Source: an uncultured Gammaproteobacteria bacterium
Lineage (GTDB): Bacteria > Patescibacteriota > Microgenomatia > Levybacterales > GWA1-39-11
DNA: 64,000 bases
Assembly (NCBI GenBank): GCA_964627245.1
Contig: CAZVGS010000002.1
Coordinates: 90,923 to 154,922, forward strand
Direction of reading: 5' to 3'
Shown: piece after piece, positions 1 through 9,579 of the stretch
How positions within the stretch are numbered: the stretch's first letter is position 1
Layout of the letters: each line of letters starts with the position of its first letter
The notes under the pieces: model-generated
What the model was told of the DNA's origin: nothing
Database searches by the model: none
Seen by the model: the letters and a program-made list of their open reading frames with translations, nothing else
Position numbers and translations under genes: made by a program

Positions 1-144
1 AACTGTTGACATGGCAATTACAACATGCAGGAGAAGTATCATAAATCAATATTACTAAAAAGGTGAAATAAAGTCTACCAAGATCATAACGCAAATATAA
101 TATAAAACACCAAAGGAGGAAAAGAAAAAATATTATTGCCACCC

Positions 145-927
145 TTATTCATTTTTACAAGAATCTGATATACCCAAACCGTCTTCTAGAACATAGTCTC
201 CGATCCCGATTCTTTTTATTGATAAGGCGAATGCACCGCAAAAGATCTTCTCACCAACGTCTGATGCCAACTTTCTTACATATGTACCTGACGAACAAGA
301 TACTTTAATTTTAACAGTCCTAAATTTTTCCCCTGCGTATTTCTCTCCAAACCCCTCCCACCGTTTTATTATCTCATCTTGCCTAAAATCCCCCTTAACT
401 TCTCTAATTCTTTTAGTTATTTCCGCGACCAAATCACTACAAGATATAAAAGACAAACCAAGAACCTCCAATGAGTATATTTCGACCTCTTTTTCTGGAA
501 TTACGATTTCAGAAAGTTTATTTCTTCTTGACCACCAATAGAGCGGTTTTCCATTAACTGTCATCGAAGAGTAGTGGGGATACTTTTGCTTTTGTTTTCC
601 GATAAACGACTCCAAAGTCTTTTTAATATCTTCTCTGCCTATTTTTTTTATATTTACCTTTTCAATAATCCCAAGAGCATCGTACGTATCGGTTGTCACG
701 CCCAAAACAAACTCGGCTTCATAGTTTTTTGAAAGACTCTCATACTTTTTTCTATATTTATTCTCCTCTCCAACCAACAACAACAATAATCCATCAGCCA
801 TTGGGTCAAGCCGTCCAGCATAAGATATAGCTTCATTTCTATATTCAGAATTAATTTTCCTGAATTCATCGATCGCTTCAAGTGGAGTTGATCCTAACTT
901 CTTGTTAATTAAAATAATTTTTTTCAT
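145..927 (-). CDS. truB: tRNA pseudouridine(55) synthase TruB
   Basis: 260 aa ORF with the TruB catalytic motif AGRLDPMADGLLLLLVG (catalytic Asp in GxLDxxAxG context); typical TruB length. Confidence 0.8.
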   Translation of the reverse strand: MKKIILINKKLGSTPLEAIDEFRKINSEYRNEAISYAGRLDPMADGLLLLLVGEENKYRKKYESLSKNYEAEFVLGVTTDTYDALGIIEKVNIKKIGREDIKKTLESFIGKQKQKYPHYSSMTVNGKPLYWWSRRNKLSEIVIPEKEVEIYSLEVLGLSFISCSDLVAEITKRIREVKGDFRQDEIIKRWEGFGEKYAGEKFRTVKIKVSCSSGTYVRKLASDVGEKIFCGAFALSIKRIGIGDYVLEDGLGISDSCKNE

Positions 928-1089
928 CGGGGTAGCAAGATTAAATAGAATCAGCTCTTCTTATAATCTCTTGAATATTTACCCCACATATCACAACCCA
1001 TTCCGTCAAGCTTGTTCTGACATAAAAAACAGATTCGCCAGCAAAAGTCACCTTCCACATAAGAATAAAGTATAACAAACTAGCACTCG

Positions 1090-1118
1090 TTGACAATAAC
1101 TGCTAATTTAGCTACAAT
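1090..1118 (+). promoter_or_regulatory. sigma70-like promoter of the clpB-like gene: TTGACA -17 bp- TACAAT, about 6 nt upstream of the ATG
   Basis: ttgaca at 1090-1095, 17 nt spacer, tacaat at 1113-1118, ATG at 1125; perfect consensus hexamers, implying a very short or leaderless 5' UTR. Confidence 0.5.
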
Positions 1119-1124
1119 ATTGTT

Positions 1125-3281
1125 ATGCCAGACCAGGACCTAGACTTCCTCAAACCCATAACGCCCGAAGAGGGCCTTAAAAAATTCACGATAGATCTAA
1201 CAGCCCAGGCAAAAGAAGGCAAGCTGGATCCCGTGATAGGCCGGGAGGAAGAAATAAGAAGAGTAATGGAAATACTCTCAAGAAGGACAAAAAACAACCC
1301 AATCCTAATTGGAGACCCAGGGGTAGGAAAAACTGCAATTGTCGAAGGGCTTGCGCAAAAAATTGTAGCAGGCAATGTCCCAACAACACTTCAAGATAAA
1401 ACTGTTCTTGTGTTGGATTTCGCTCAACTTTTAGCGGGTGCGAAATTTAGGGGTGAATTTGAAGAAAGACTAAAAGCAGTCGTTAAAGCAGTTGAGGAAT
1501 CTAATGGGGAGTATGTTGTCTTCATAGACGAACTGCATACACTTGTAGGAGGAGGGTCCTCTGATGGGGCGGTTGATGCGGCAAACATCTTAAAACCGTC
1601 TCTTGCCAGGGGGTTATTAAGGGTTGTGGGGGCCACAACAATTTCAGAATACAGAAAATACGTTGAGAGCGATCAAGCATTGGCAAGAAGATTTCAACCT
1701 GTAACTGTCAACGAGCCATCAATCGAAGACACTATATCCGTTCTTCGAGGTCTTAAAGAACGATATCAACTCCATCATGGGATAAGAATTACTGACAACG
1801 CGCTTATTGCTGCCGCAAAGCTTTCAGCTCAATATATTCCCCAAAGATTTTTGCCTGATAAGGCAATTGATCTTGTTGATGAGGCGGCCGCCGCGATAAA
1901 AATTGAAGCTGAAAGCATGCCGACAGAACTTGATGCCTTAAAAAGAAAGATTACAAGCCTTGAAATAGAGCTTGCAGCTCTAAGAAAGGAGAAGAGGGAT
2001 AGTGTTGAGATGAGGAGAAAAGAAGGAGAAAAAGAGCTTGAAGAGCTAAAAGTGAAAGCGGGAAAAATTGAAAACCGGTGGAAAGCCCAAGGGGAAATAA
2101 TAAAAACCATACAAGACAAAAGAGCAAAACTTGACGCTGCAAGGATAGAGTTGGAAAGAGCCCAACGCGAGGTAAACCTTCAAAGAGCAGCAGAGCTAGC
2201 GTATGGAACAATTCCAAACCTTGAAAAGGAGATCGAGAAGAATCAAGAGGAGTGGAGTAAAATTCCACAAGACGAGAGGGCTTTGCGTGAGGAGGTTGAT
2301 GAAGATGATATCGCCAAGGTTGTCGCAAGATGGACAGGCATTCCAGTAACCAGACTTCTATCGACCGAGTCAGAAAAACTTTCACACCTTGAAGAGGAGT
2401 TATCAAAAAGAGTAATTGGGCAGAAAGAGGCATTAAGCACATTGTCTAAAGCCATAAGAAGATCTAGAACGGGACTTGGAGCAAAAGATAAGCCAATAGG
2501 ATCTTTTCTTTTTTTGGGTCCGACGGGTGTTGGCAAAACGGAAACCGCAAAGGCTTTAGCCGAAATTCTTTTTTCAGATGAACACGCTATAACAAGAATC
2601 GACATGAGTGAATATCAAGAGGCGCATAGCGTTGCTCGACTTATTGGTGCGCCTCCAGGATATGTAGGCCACGAAGAAGGCGGTCAGCTAACAGAAGCTG
2701 TTAGAAGAAAGCCTTATTCTGTCGTATTGATTGATGAAATCGAAAAAGCCCATCCTCAAGTTTTTAATCTGTTCCTGCAGATATTTGATGAGGGAAGACT
2801 TACTGACAGCACAGGCAAAACAATAGATTTTAAAAATGCGATTATTATTATGACTTCAAATTTGGGTAGTGAATTAGTTCTTGAAAGTAAAAACAGAGAG
2901 GATCTTAAAACAAAAATCAACTCGGCCCTACACAAATTTTTCAGACCAGAGTTTCTTAACAGAATTGACGCAACTGTTATATACAGCAAGCTGACAGAGC
3001 AAGAAATAAAAGATATTTCCCGCCTGCAGCTTGAACGGGTTGCGAAAAGACTCGAAGAATCAAACATCAAGCTGGATATTACGAATGAGCTCATCGATCA
3101 CTTTGCAAAAAAAGGATTCGACCCAATATTTGGGGCTAGACCTCTTAAGCGCAACATCGAAGATGAACTTGTTGATAAAATTGCCATGCAAATTCTTGAA
3201 AACCAGATAAAACCTGGTGATACAGTTGAGGCAAAACCAAAAGGCAAAGATTTGGAAGTTGCCCCACAGTTTAAGAACTGA
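1125..3281 (+). CDS. clpB: ClpB/ClpC-family AAA+ chaperone lacking the N-terminal domain (two NBDs plus coiled-coil middle domain)
   Basis: 718 aa; first Walker [10 protein letters not shown], second Walker [10 protein letters not shown], long coiled-coil M-domain ([14 protein letters not shown]...), Clp signature region; only 197 nt non-coding upstream, so the N-domain is genuinely absent. Confidence 0.8.
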   Translation: MPDQDLDFLKPITPEEGLKKFTIDLTAQAKEGKLDPVIGREEEIRRVMEILSRRTKNNPILIGDPGVGKTAIVEGLAQKIVAGNVPTTLQDKTVLVLDFAQLLAGAKFRGEFEERLKAVVKAVEESNGEYVVFIDELHTLVGGGSSDGAVDAANILKPSLARGLLRVVGATTISEYRKYVESDQALARRFQPVTVNEPSIEDTISVLRGLKERYQLHHGIRITDNALIAAAKLSAQYIPQRFLPDKAIDLVDEAAAAIKIEAESMPTELDALKRKITSLEIELAALRKEKRDSVEMRRKEGEKELEELKVKAGKIENRWKAQGEIIKTIQDKRAKLDAARIELERAQREVNLQRAAELAYGTIPNLEKEIEKNQEEWSKIPQDERALREEVDEDDIAKVVARWTGIPVTRLLSTESEKLSHLEEELSKRVIGQKEALSTLSKAIRRSRTGLGAKDKPIGSFLFLGPTGVGKTETAKALAEILFSDEHAITRIDMSEYQEAHSVARLIGAPPGYVGHEEGGQLTEAVRRKPYSVVLIDEIEKAHPQVFNLFLQIFDEGRLTDSTGKTIDFKNAIIIMTSNLGSELVLESKNREDLKTKINSALHKFFRPEFLNRIDATVIYSKLTEQEIKDISRLQLERVAKRLEESNIKLDITNELIDHFAKKGFDPIFGARPLKRNIEDELVDKIAMQILENQIKPGDTVEAKPKGKDLEVAPQFKN

Positions 3282-3316
3282 TTTTAATTTAACTCCTTTT
3301 AAGCTAAAATAGGGTC

Positions 3317-4303
3317 ATGCTTAGAACTCTTTTTGAATATTTACAAAAAAACCAATTCATAGCTGGTCTGGTTCTTCTTGGGTTAGTTCTTATTATTTAT
3401 CAGCTAAAAGAGATTATCGCAGTCATTTTTATGGCTTATATAATTGTTGCAGCCCTCAATCCCGTGGTTAATTTTTTGAGAAAGAGGAAGGTTCCTAACT
3501 CTGTAGCGGTAATGCTTACTTTTTTTACGACTCTTTGTCTTTTTGTGTTGCTGATCGCCCCCTTAGTGCCTTTTTTAACCCAGCAGATCCAATCTCTAGG
3601 TACAAGATTTCCGTTCTTCCTACAGCAGGCAGCTACGTCTATTGGCATCTCCCTTAATTCTGATGACCTCGGGAAAATTTTTACGGGAGAACAGATTGGC
3701 CAGAATGCATTTGCGCTTGCCGGGGGAGTTTTCGGTGGATTTTTCACTATAGTTTCAACAATTGCCATAAGTTTTTATCTGCTTCTTTCTTATGAAAAGG
3801 CAAAATCCGGAGTCTCAAAACTCTTTGCAGAAAAACATCAGCAAAGAGCAGGGGAGATAATTGAGCAAGTAAATGATAAGCTGGGGGCTTGGCTTCAGGG
3901 ACAGCTTTTACTATCTTTGTCTATCGGTCTTTTAACGTGGGTTAGCCTTACCATCTTACAGGTTCCATTTGCCCTTCCATTGGCAGTTCTTGCAGGAATA
4001 TTTGAAATTGTGCCAACTGTTGGGCCAATTATTGCCGCAGTTCCTGCCGTCATAGTAGCTCTTACAATTTCGCCTAATATGGCACTGATAATTATTGCTC
4101 TTTATATAGGTATTCAAATGCTTGAGAACCATCTCCTGGTTCCCCGAATTATGCAAAGAGCAGTGGGTCTTAATCCCGTTATAGTGATTTTGGGAGTAAT
4201 AATAGGGGGAAATCTTATGGGAATTGCAGGGGCGCTTCTTTCAGTCCCATTCATCTCCCTTATTGTTTTGACCTTGAGAAATTTAGAAAAATCCAGAGAA
4301 TAG
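3317..4303 (+). CDS. AI-2E family transporter (PerM/YhhT-like membrane protein, UPF0118)
   Basis: 328 aa polytopic membrane protein with the characteristic layout and C-terminal conserved region of the AI-2E family. Confidence 0.55.
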   Translation: MLRTLFEYLQKNQFIAGLVLLGLVLIIYQLKEIIAVIFMAYIIVAALNPVVNFLRKRKVPNSVAVMLTFFTTLCLFVLLIAPLVPFLTQQIQSLGTRFPFFLQQAATSIGISLNSDDLGKIFTGEQIGQNAFALAGGVFGGFFTIVSTIAISFYLLLSYEKAKSGVSKLFAEKHQQRAGEIIEQVNDKLGAWLQGQLLLSLSIGLLTWVSLTILQVPFALPLAVLAGIFEIVPTVGPIIAAVPAVIVALTISPNMALIIIALYIGIQMLENHLLVPRIMQRAVGLNPVIVILGVIIGGNLMGIAGALLSVPFISLIVLTLRNLEKSRE

Positions 4304-4318
4304 GCTCTTGACAAAAAG

Positions 4319-4327
4319 TTATCCACA
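4319..4327 (+). promoter_or_regulatory. DnaA box (TTATCCACA) inside the dnaA promoter spacer
   Basis: perfect consensus 9-mer TTATCCACA at 4319-4327, between a TTGACA -35 hexamer (4308-4313) and a weak -10 (catact, 4331-4336); classic dnaA autoregulation arrangement. Confidence 0.6.
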
Positions 4328-4381
4328 TTACATACTGTAACGATCCTAAAAGGTACGGCCGCCCAACACTTCTGAAATCTT

Positions 4382-5716
4382 ATGGACGAACTCTGGAAAA
4401 AAACACTTGAAGAAATTGAACTTGAGGTTTCAAAACCGCGCTTTGTTACTTTTTTCAAGCAAACCCAACTGGTATCAATAGAAGGGGATGTCGCGACAAT
4501 CTCTTCGCCTAACTATATGGCAAGCGCTTACATTGAGAAAAATTATTATTCTCTTGTTAAAAGAGCTTTGGACAAATATTCTGAAAAGAACCTAAGCCTT
4601 GTCTTTGTAACAAATTCAAAAGAAACACTAACCACTGACGGAGGACCTCTTTTTTCAAGCTCTGTAATAAAAAAAGCCGAGAAAAAACCCCTTGCCCGAA
4701 TACGGGAGGACTTCACCTTTGACACTTTCGCAGTTTCTGACAGCAATCAGCTGGCTTATACAGCGGCTATGGCTGTTGCGGAGGACCCCGGAGGAAAATA
4801 CAACCCCTTATTTCTATATGGAACTGTGGGGGTTGGAAAAACACATCTTATGAATTCCATAGCCAACATTGTTCACCAAAAAAAGGGAGGGGCGAGTATT
4901 ATCTACCTGACAACGGAGGAATTCACCAATGAAGTTGTCGAGGCCATACAATTCAAAACAACACAGCAATTAAGAAGAAAGTTCAGAAACGCAGACCTGT
5001 TACTGCTTGACGATATTCAATTTCTAACGGGTAAGGAAAAAGTTCAAGAAGAGCTTTTTCACACATTTAATGCTCTCATCGACAGAAAGGGTCAGGTCAT
5101 CTTCTCCTCAGACCGTCCCCCTCATGAATTAAGAAAAATCGAAGCTAGGCTGGCGTCCAGATTTGAGGGCGGCCTTACGGTTGATATTGAACCTCCCGAT
5201 TTTGAATTAAGAACAGCAATCCTCTTGATAAAAAGCGCAAAGTTCGGTTTTTCATTAACGCCTGACCTTGCAAAAATTATTGCACAAAAAGTTTCTGACT
5301 CAAGAGGGCTTGAGGGATTTTTACTAAAACTCTCATCTCTCTTATCAACCTCCAATTCCCCGGTCGTTACCGAAGAACTTATAAAGAAGTGCTTAGGCAA
5401 AAGCAGACAGGAAAAAACGGTTGTTCATCCAGACGATTTAATTAATGCTGTTTGTGAATTTTATGACATAAAGCAAACCCAGCTTAAGGGATCCAAGAGA
5501 GATGCTTCCCTGGTCAGGCCCAGACACATATGCATGTTTTTATTGAAAGAGCAGGGACTTACCTTTGTTGAAATAGGAAACCTTCTTGGAGGAAGAGATC
5601 ACACAACGGTTATGCACGGTGTGGAAAAGATTTCCAAGATGAGCCCAAAGACACCCTTTCTAAATGAGGAAATCATGTCGATAAAAAAGAGCATTACCAA
5701 CACTTATCTACAATGA
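4382..5716 (+). CDS. dnaA: chromosomal replication initiator protein DnaA
   Basis: 444 aa; AAA+ Walker A GTVGVGKTHL, Walker B LLLLDDIQFL, C-terminal DnaA DNA-binding domain (signature region around VRPRHICMFLLKE); followed by dnaN. Confidence 0.9.
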   Translation: MDELWKKTLEEIELEVSKPRFVTFFKQTQLVSIEGDVATISSPNYMASAYIEKNYYSLVKRALDKYSEKNLSLVFVTNSKETLTTDGGPLFSSSVIKKAEKKPLARIREDFTFDTFAVSDSNQLAYTAAMAVAEDPGGKYNPLFLYGTVGVGKTHLMNSIANIVHQKKGGASIIYLTTEEFTNEVVEAIQFKTTQQLRRKFRNADLLLLDDIQFLTGKEKVQEELFHTFNALIDRKGQVIFSSDRPPHELRKIEARLASRFEGGLTVDIEPPDFELRTAILLIKSAKFGFSLTPDLAKIIAQKVSDSRGLEGFLLKLSSLLSTSNSPVVTEELIKKCLGKSRQEKTVVHPDDLINAVCEFYDIKQTQLKGSKRDASLVRPRHICMFLLKEQGLTFVEIGNLLGGRDHTTVMHGVEKISKMSPKTPFLNEEIMSIKKSITNTYLQ

Positions 5717-5743
5717 AAAAACACAAACCGGGTTATAAACAAA

Positions 5744-5817
5744 TTATCAACAATATTATCAACAAGATATCCACATTTTACTCACCTCGCCCTTTTGCTT
5801 TTATACACTTATCCACC
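5744..5817 (+). promoter_or_regulatory. cluster of four DnaA-box-like 9-mers in the dnaA-dnaN intergenic region (candidate oriC)
   Basis: TTATCAACA (5744-5752), TTATCAACA (5756-5764), aTATCCACA (5767-5775), TTATCCACC (5809-5817) within 75 bp of AT-rich spacer between dnaA stop and dnaN start. Confidence 0.6.
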
Positions 5818-5844
5818 TATACTACTACTGCTACTATTTAATAT

Positions 5845-6945
5845 ATGAAAGTATCTTTTCTTCCAGAAAACATAATTAAATATTTACCACTTATCAACAA
5901 GGCTCTACCATCCCACACACAGGTTCCAATCCTTTCAAACGTTTTATTAAAAGCTACAAAAGAAGGGTTGACCCTTGAAGCAACAGATCTTGAAATCGGG
6001 GTAAGGATTAAAATACCGTCAAAAATAGAAGAAGAAGGTTCAATAACGGTTCCCGGTAAAGAGTTCCTTGAAACAATAAACTCCCTTCCCAAGGAAAAAA
6101 TTTTATTAGAAAAAGACAAAGACTTACTTGTTTTAACCTGCATGGATAGCCGGGCTGTTTTTAATACAATTTCAGGTGAGGAATTCCCCCAACTATTAAA
6201 GGAAAAAGGAGACTTGGTTTTTAGGATGAAGAGAGAACAATTTGTCAGCGTTTTTTCAAACATTACGTTTTCAGTCTCACAGGAGGAATCAAGACCCCAG
6301 TTAACAGGGGTCTTTATTGAGGTTGTTGATGACGGGGTTAATTTTGTATCAACGGACGGTTACAGGATGACGATGAAGAAAATAAAAGAAAAAGAAGTAA
6401 AGAGAAAAGAAGGATTAATAGTTTCCGTCAAGCTTATAAATGAAGTAATTTCTCTTAAAGGAAGTGAGGATATAAGTCTTTTTGTAAATGAGAAAGAAAG
6501 CCAGGTGATTTTTGAAGTGGGAGACGTGCTTGTTATTGGAAGAATGATAGGAGGGGTCTTTCCTGATTATTTGAATGTATTACCAAAAAAATCCTTAACA
6601 AATATAGTTTTTGATAGGGAGGGGTTGCTTCAGAATGTCAAGCTAGCATCGGTTTTTGCAAAAGATAGTAGTAATATCGTAACGTTAAAAATAAAAAATG
6701 GAATTGTTTCTGTTGAAACAAAAACCCAAGGCATTGGAAGCGGGGAGGCAAGCGTCGATTGTGATCAAAAAGGGGAAGATGTACAAATAACTTTTAACAT
6801 CAAGTATCTGTCAGATGTTTTAAAAGCGGCTAATGGTAAAACGATAAAAATGGGTCTCAACTCATCTTCAGAACCCGCTTTGTTTGAAGACAAGGAATTT
6901 TTACACGTTATTATGCCCATTCAGGTGGAAGGGTTGGGTGGGTAG
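5845..6945 (+). CDS. dnaN: DNA polymerase III beta sliding clamp DnaN
   Basis: 366 aa; N-terminal MKVSFLPENIIKYLPLINKALPSH... typical of DnaN, three-domain length, immediately downstream of dnaA. Confidence 0.85.
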   Translation: MKVSFLPENIIKYLPLINKALPSHTQVPILSNVLLKATKEGLTLEATDLEIGVRIKIPSKIEEEGSITVPGKEFLETINSLPKEKILLEKDKDLLVLTCMDSRAVFNTISGEEFPQLLKEKGDLVFRMKREQFVSVFSNITFSVSQEESRPQLTGVFIEVVDDGVNFVSTDGYRMTMKKIKEKEVKRKEGLIVSVKLINEVISLKGSEDISLFVNEKESQVIFEVGDVLVIGRMIGGVFPDYLNVLPKKSLTNIVFDREGLLQNVKLASVFAKDSSNIVTLKIKNGIVSVETKTQGIGSGEASVDCDQKGEDVQITFNIKYLSDVLKAANGKTIKMGLNSSSEPALFEDKEFLHVIMPIQVEGLGG

Positions 6946-7434
6946 CTATTCTATGTCGAAGACTCCGCTTGGAACAGGTGGAACGTCTATTATTAGTGTA
7001 TATTCGTAGGGTGTGTAAAGTCTTTTATTTGATGTAGACACTGTTGTTGTGAGGATGGTTACTCTTGTGCTTCCAAGTTGCCATTTTGTCTTTGGGATTA
7101 TGTGGATTGTTTTTTTATCTTCTCCACCCCTAACGAAAACATCTGTTTGTGGTTCTATTTCATAGCGTAGATCTATTGGTCTAATTTCCTCGCTGAATCT
7201 GAGAGTGATTTTTTGAAAAGTGAGATATGGTTCAGTTGGGTTTTGGGGAGGAAGAGCGTTTTGTATGAAGAGGTCGGTGGGCTCAGGTGTGATAGTCGGT
7301 ACAACCGTAATAGTTGTTTTTGGGTAATCCGTGACGGGATCTGGTTTTTTGGAAAAAAAGAATATCAATAGAAGGAAAAGTGTAGCTAGAAGAATGCCAG
7401 AACTAAATATTAATAATTTTTTATTCATTTTCAT
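6946..7434 (-). CDS. hypothetical N-terminally membrane-anchored protein
   Basis: 162 aa; single N-terminal hydrophobic helix then a Pro/Thr-rich segment; no recognisable family; first gene of the T4SS-like block. Confidence 0.4.
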   Translation of the reverse strand: MKMNKKLLIFSSGILLATLFLLLIFFFSKKPDPVTDYPKTTITVVPTITPEPTDLFIQNALPPQNPTEPYLTFQKITLRFSEEIRPIDLRYEIEPQTDVFVRGGEDKKTIHIIPKTKWQLGSTRVTILTTTVSTSNKRLYTPYEYTLIIDVPPVPSGVFDIE

Positions 7435-7437
7435 TTT

Positions 7438-8064
7438 TTATTTACAAAAATAATTTGGCGCGTCTTGCCACGATTGGTTACCTGAGTTATCTATTTTTGC
7501 AAACTCGATGTGCAGGTGGGGACCGGATCCTGTGCTACACCCCGATTGGCAAATCTGAGCTCCTTTTTCTCCAGAGTAAATTTCCCCCCCGCCACTTCCG
7601 GGAGCAGTGTGGTGGAACTGTATCCAGTATTGGTCTTGGGTCTCCTCATCGGTTCCCCCATAGTATTGTATGGCCGTTATTCCATCGGGTCCAATGGTTT
7701 GGTGGCTAAAAGTCCATCTTATTTTTTTCCCGTTAACAAGGGGCATATAAACTGGATCTAGTGGTTGGGCGCCTATGTCCATCGCGTAAGCAAGGCTATT
7801 GTAGTTGCAAGGATAGCTTTCGTATCCAATTCCGCAATGCCCACAACCTGGGACAGGTACAGACCTGCTGCCGCAGGTGATGTTTCCGTTTGGAATCGGA
7901 CAGGAGGTTGCGTCTATGCTTTCGGGGCCACTAGAGCCTTGGGGGGGACTCCCGACTTTAGTTGTAACAGTGTTTGAGCTGTGCTCTTGAGAATAAGCAG
8001 CGACCGTTAAGAGAACCACTAATAGCAAGGGCAGTGTTAGAATGATTATTTTTTTCATGGACAA
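7438..8064 (-). CDS. secreted M23-family (LytM-like) metallopeptidase
   Basis: 208 aa; signal peptide; Cys-rich; C-terminal M23 HxH motif GPHLHIEF. Confidence 0.55.
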   Translation of the reverse strand: MSMKKIIILTLPLLLVVLLTVAAYSQEHSSNTVTTKVGSPPQGSSGPESIDATSCPIPNGNITCGSRSVPVPGCGHCGIGYESYPCNYNSLAYAMDIGAQPLDPVYMPLVNGKKIRWTFSHQTIGPDGITAIQYYGGTDEETQDQYWIQFHHTAPGSGGGEIYSGEKGAQICQSGCSTGSGPHLHIEFAKIDNSGNQSWQDAPNYFCK

Positions 8065-8588
8065 AAATCGGGATACGGGCCGAATTTTTCGTTATCTGGT
8101 ATGGATTTTGCAATCTCAAAATTTAAGTAAAACATTAAGGGGAGTTTGCATATCCCCTCGTCGCTAAAGCCTTTTTGCCTTAAGAAAGAGATAACGTCTT
8201 CTTTTGCTTTGGAAATTTGAGTAGTGATAATTTCAGCCTCAAAATCATTTGGTGCTTTTACATACTCCAGTCTGTAGGAGTTGGTGGAATTGATTATTCC
8301 CGAGTTTCCGTCAAGCTCTGAAATAATTTGACTTCTTAAGGTTTTGTCTGCTGTCAGGCCTGGCGTTGGTCTTGTGGTTACAACCACCAGCAGCTTGTCT
8401 GTTGATTCCTTGCTATATTCAACAACAGGATCATCTATTTTCCTTTCATTGCTAGCGGTGGATGTAGGGGATGGCGATTCTGTTGACGTGTCTTCTCCCC
8501 CATTCTTCAGGCTCTCAAGGAAGGTTATTCCTATGAGAATGAGTATAAAAAGAAAAATTCCGGTTCCGATTGCAAAAATTCTTTTCAT
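8055..8588 (-). CDS. hypothetical membrane-anchored protein
   Basis: ORF 8055..8618; internal Met (MKRIFAIGTGIFLF...) at 8588 avoids overlap with the upstream gene; one N-terminal TM; no family recognised. Confidence 0.35.
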   Translation of the reverse strand: MKRIFAIGTGIFLFILILIGITFLESLKNGGEDTSTESPSPTSTASNERKIDDPVVEYSKESTDKLLVVVTTRPTPGLTADKTLRSQIISELDGNSGIINSTNSYRLEYVKAPNDFEAEIITTQISKAKEDVISFLRQKGFSDEGICKLPLMFYLNFEIAKSIPDNEKFGPYPDFCP

Positions 8589-8589
8589 G

Positions 8590-9573
8590 TTAATTACTTG
8601 CGCACCCCCAATACGCAAAAGATGAGTTTATTAGATCTCTATTATATGTTACCGCATTTGATGTTTGAGAACTCCAGCCGACATCTCCATGGTCAAATTG
8701 TCCATTCCTCCCTTGTCCCATTTGAAAAAGTCCCCATGCTCCGACCGGATCAACGGCTGAGCCGTTGTACGCATTTGGATTGTACCCGCTTTCACAGGGC
8801 ACAATCTCGAAATACCATTTGTTAGCATTGCTAGGGTCAAGGCTTTGGAGGAGTCTGAATAGTGCATCTTTCGTGAATTGGCAGTCCGGATCACCAAAAT
8901 TTGCGCCAATAGGACTTGTTGCTAAGTTGTATTTCCCGCTGCAGCTGTTAGCGGTAGGATTTGCTCCGGCAGATGCACCCGATGCAACACCTGCATAGAC
9001 CGTATTTGTGATAAGTATATCGGGAGCCGTTGGGCGGAGGGTAAATGTAAAAGAATTTTGGTTTTGAGACATGGGCCAGGATATTTGGCCATTTTCGTAT
9101 GTATATGCTCCGGTCGCTTCAACAAAAGAAGTGTTGTCGGGTAAGATGTCGTAAACGACGATATCTGAAAGTGGCGTAGTCGCAACCGAGGGATTATAGG
9201 TTACGCTCACGGTGTACTGCAACTGCTCTCCATTATTTATTTCAACAGGGCCAGTCAGGGTCAGCGTTAGGCCCGGAATTGTTTGTTTGGGTTGAGATGA
9301 GTCTGTTGGAAGCGTTGGGATTGACCCTCCGGGAATTGGGTCCATAAGTCCGAAAACGATTGAAAAAAAGGCTAGAGCAAGAAGCGCGCCGATAATTATT
9401 GCACCTAAAGTCAGCGGCCCTCCGGGGAGAAAGCTGAACAGCCATCGAGCCGCTTGTATTAATTTTTTCCCCGTGCGGTATATTTTTTTTAGATTTTCTA
9501 CAGAGTCGGAGACGCTTTGTCCATCACGCTTTTTTTGATCTTTTTCATTATCAATACTTGCGATGTTTTCCAT
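8590..9573 (-). CDS. membrane-anchored protein with DUF11-like repeat domain and C-terminal transglycosylase-like (Rpf-like) domain; candidate VirB1-type cell-wall hydrolase
   Basis: 327 aa; N-terminal TM; central region resembling conserved-repeat-domain proteins (LQYTVSVTYNPSVATTPLSDIVVYDILPDNTSF); C-terminal CESGYNPNAYNGSAVDPVGAWGLFQM resembling the Transglycosylase-like family consensus CESGGNW...G.YGGLQF. Confidence 0.55.
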   Translation of the reverse strand: MENIASIDNEKDQKKRDGQSVSDSVENLKKIYRTGKKLIQAARWLFSFLPGGPLTLGAIIIGALLALAFFSIVFGLMDPIPGGSIPTLPTDSSQPKQTIPGLTLTLTGPVEINNGEQLQYTVSVTYNPSVATTPLSDIVVYDILPDNTSFVEATGAYTYENGQISWPMSQNQNSFTFTLRPTAPDILITNTVYAGVASGASAGANPTANSCSGKYNLATSPIGANFGDPDCQFTKDALFRLLQSLDPSNANKWYFEIVPCESGYNPNAYNGSAVDPVGAWGLFQMGQGRNGQFDHGDVGWSSQTSNAVTYNRDLINSSFAYWGCASN

Positions 9574-9579
9574 AAGGCT

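Noticed and set aside
7455-7977. Plus-strand ORFs 7455..7709, 7510..7761 and 7765..7977
   Set aside because: They lie fully antisense to the well-supported M23 peptidase gene (7438..8064, minus) and show no motifs; treated as shadow ORFs.
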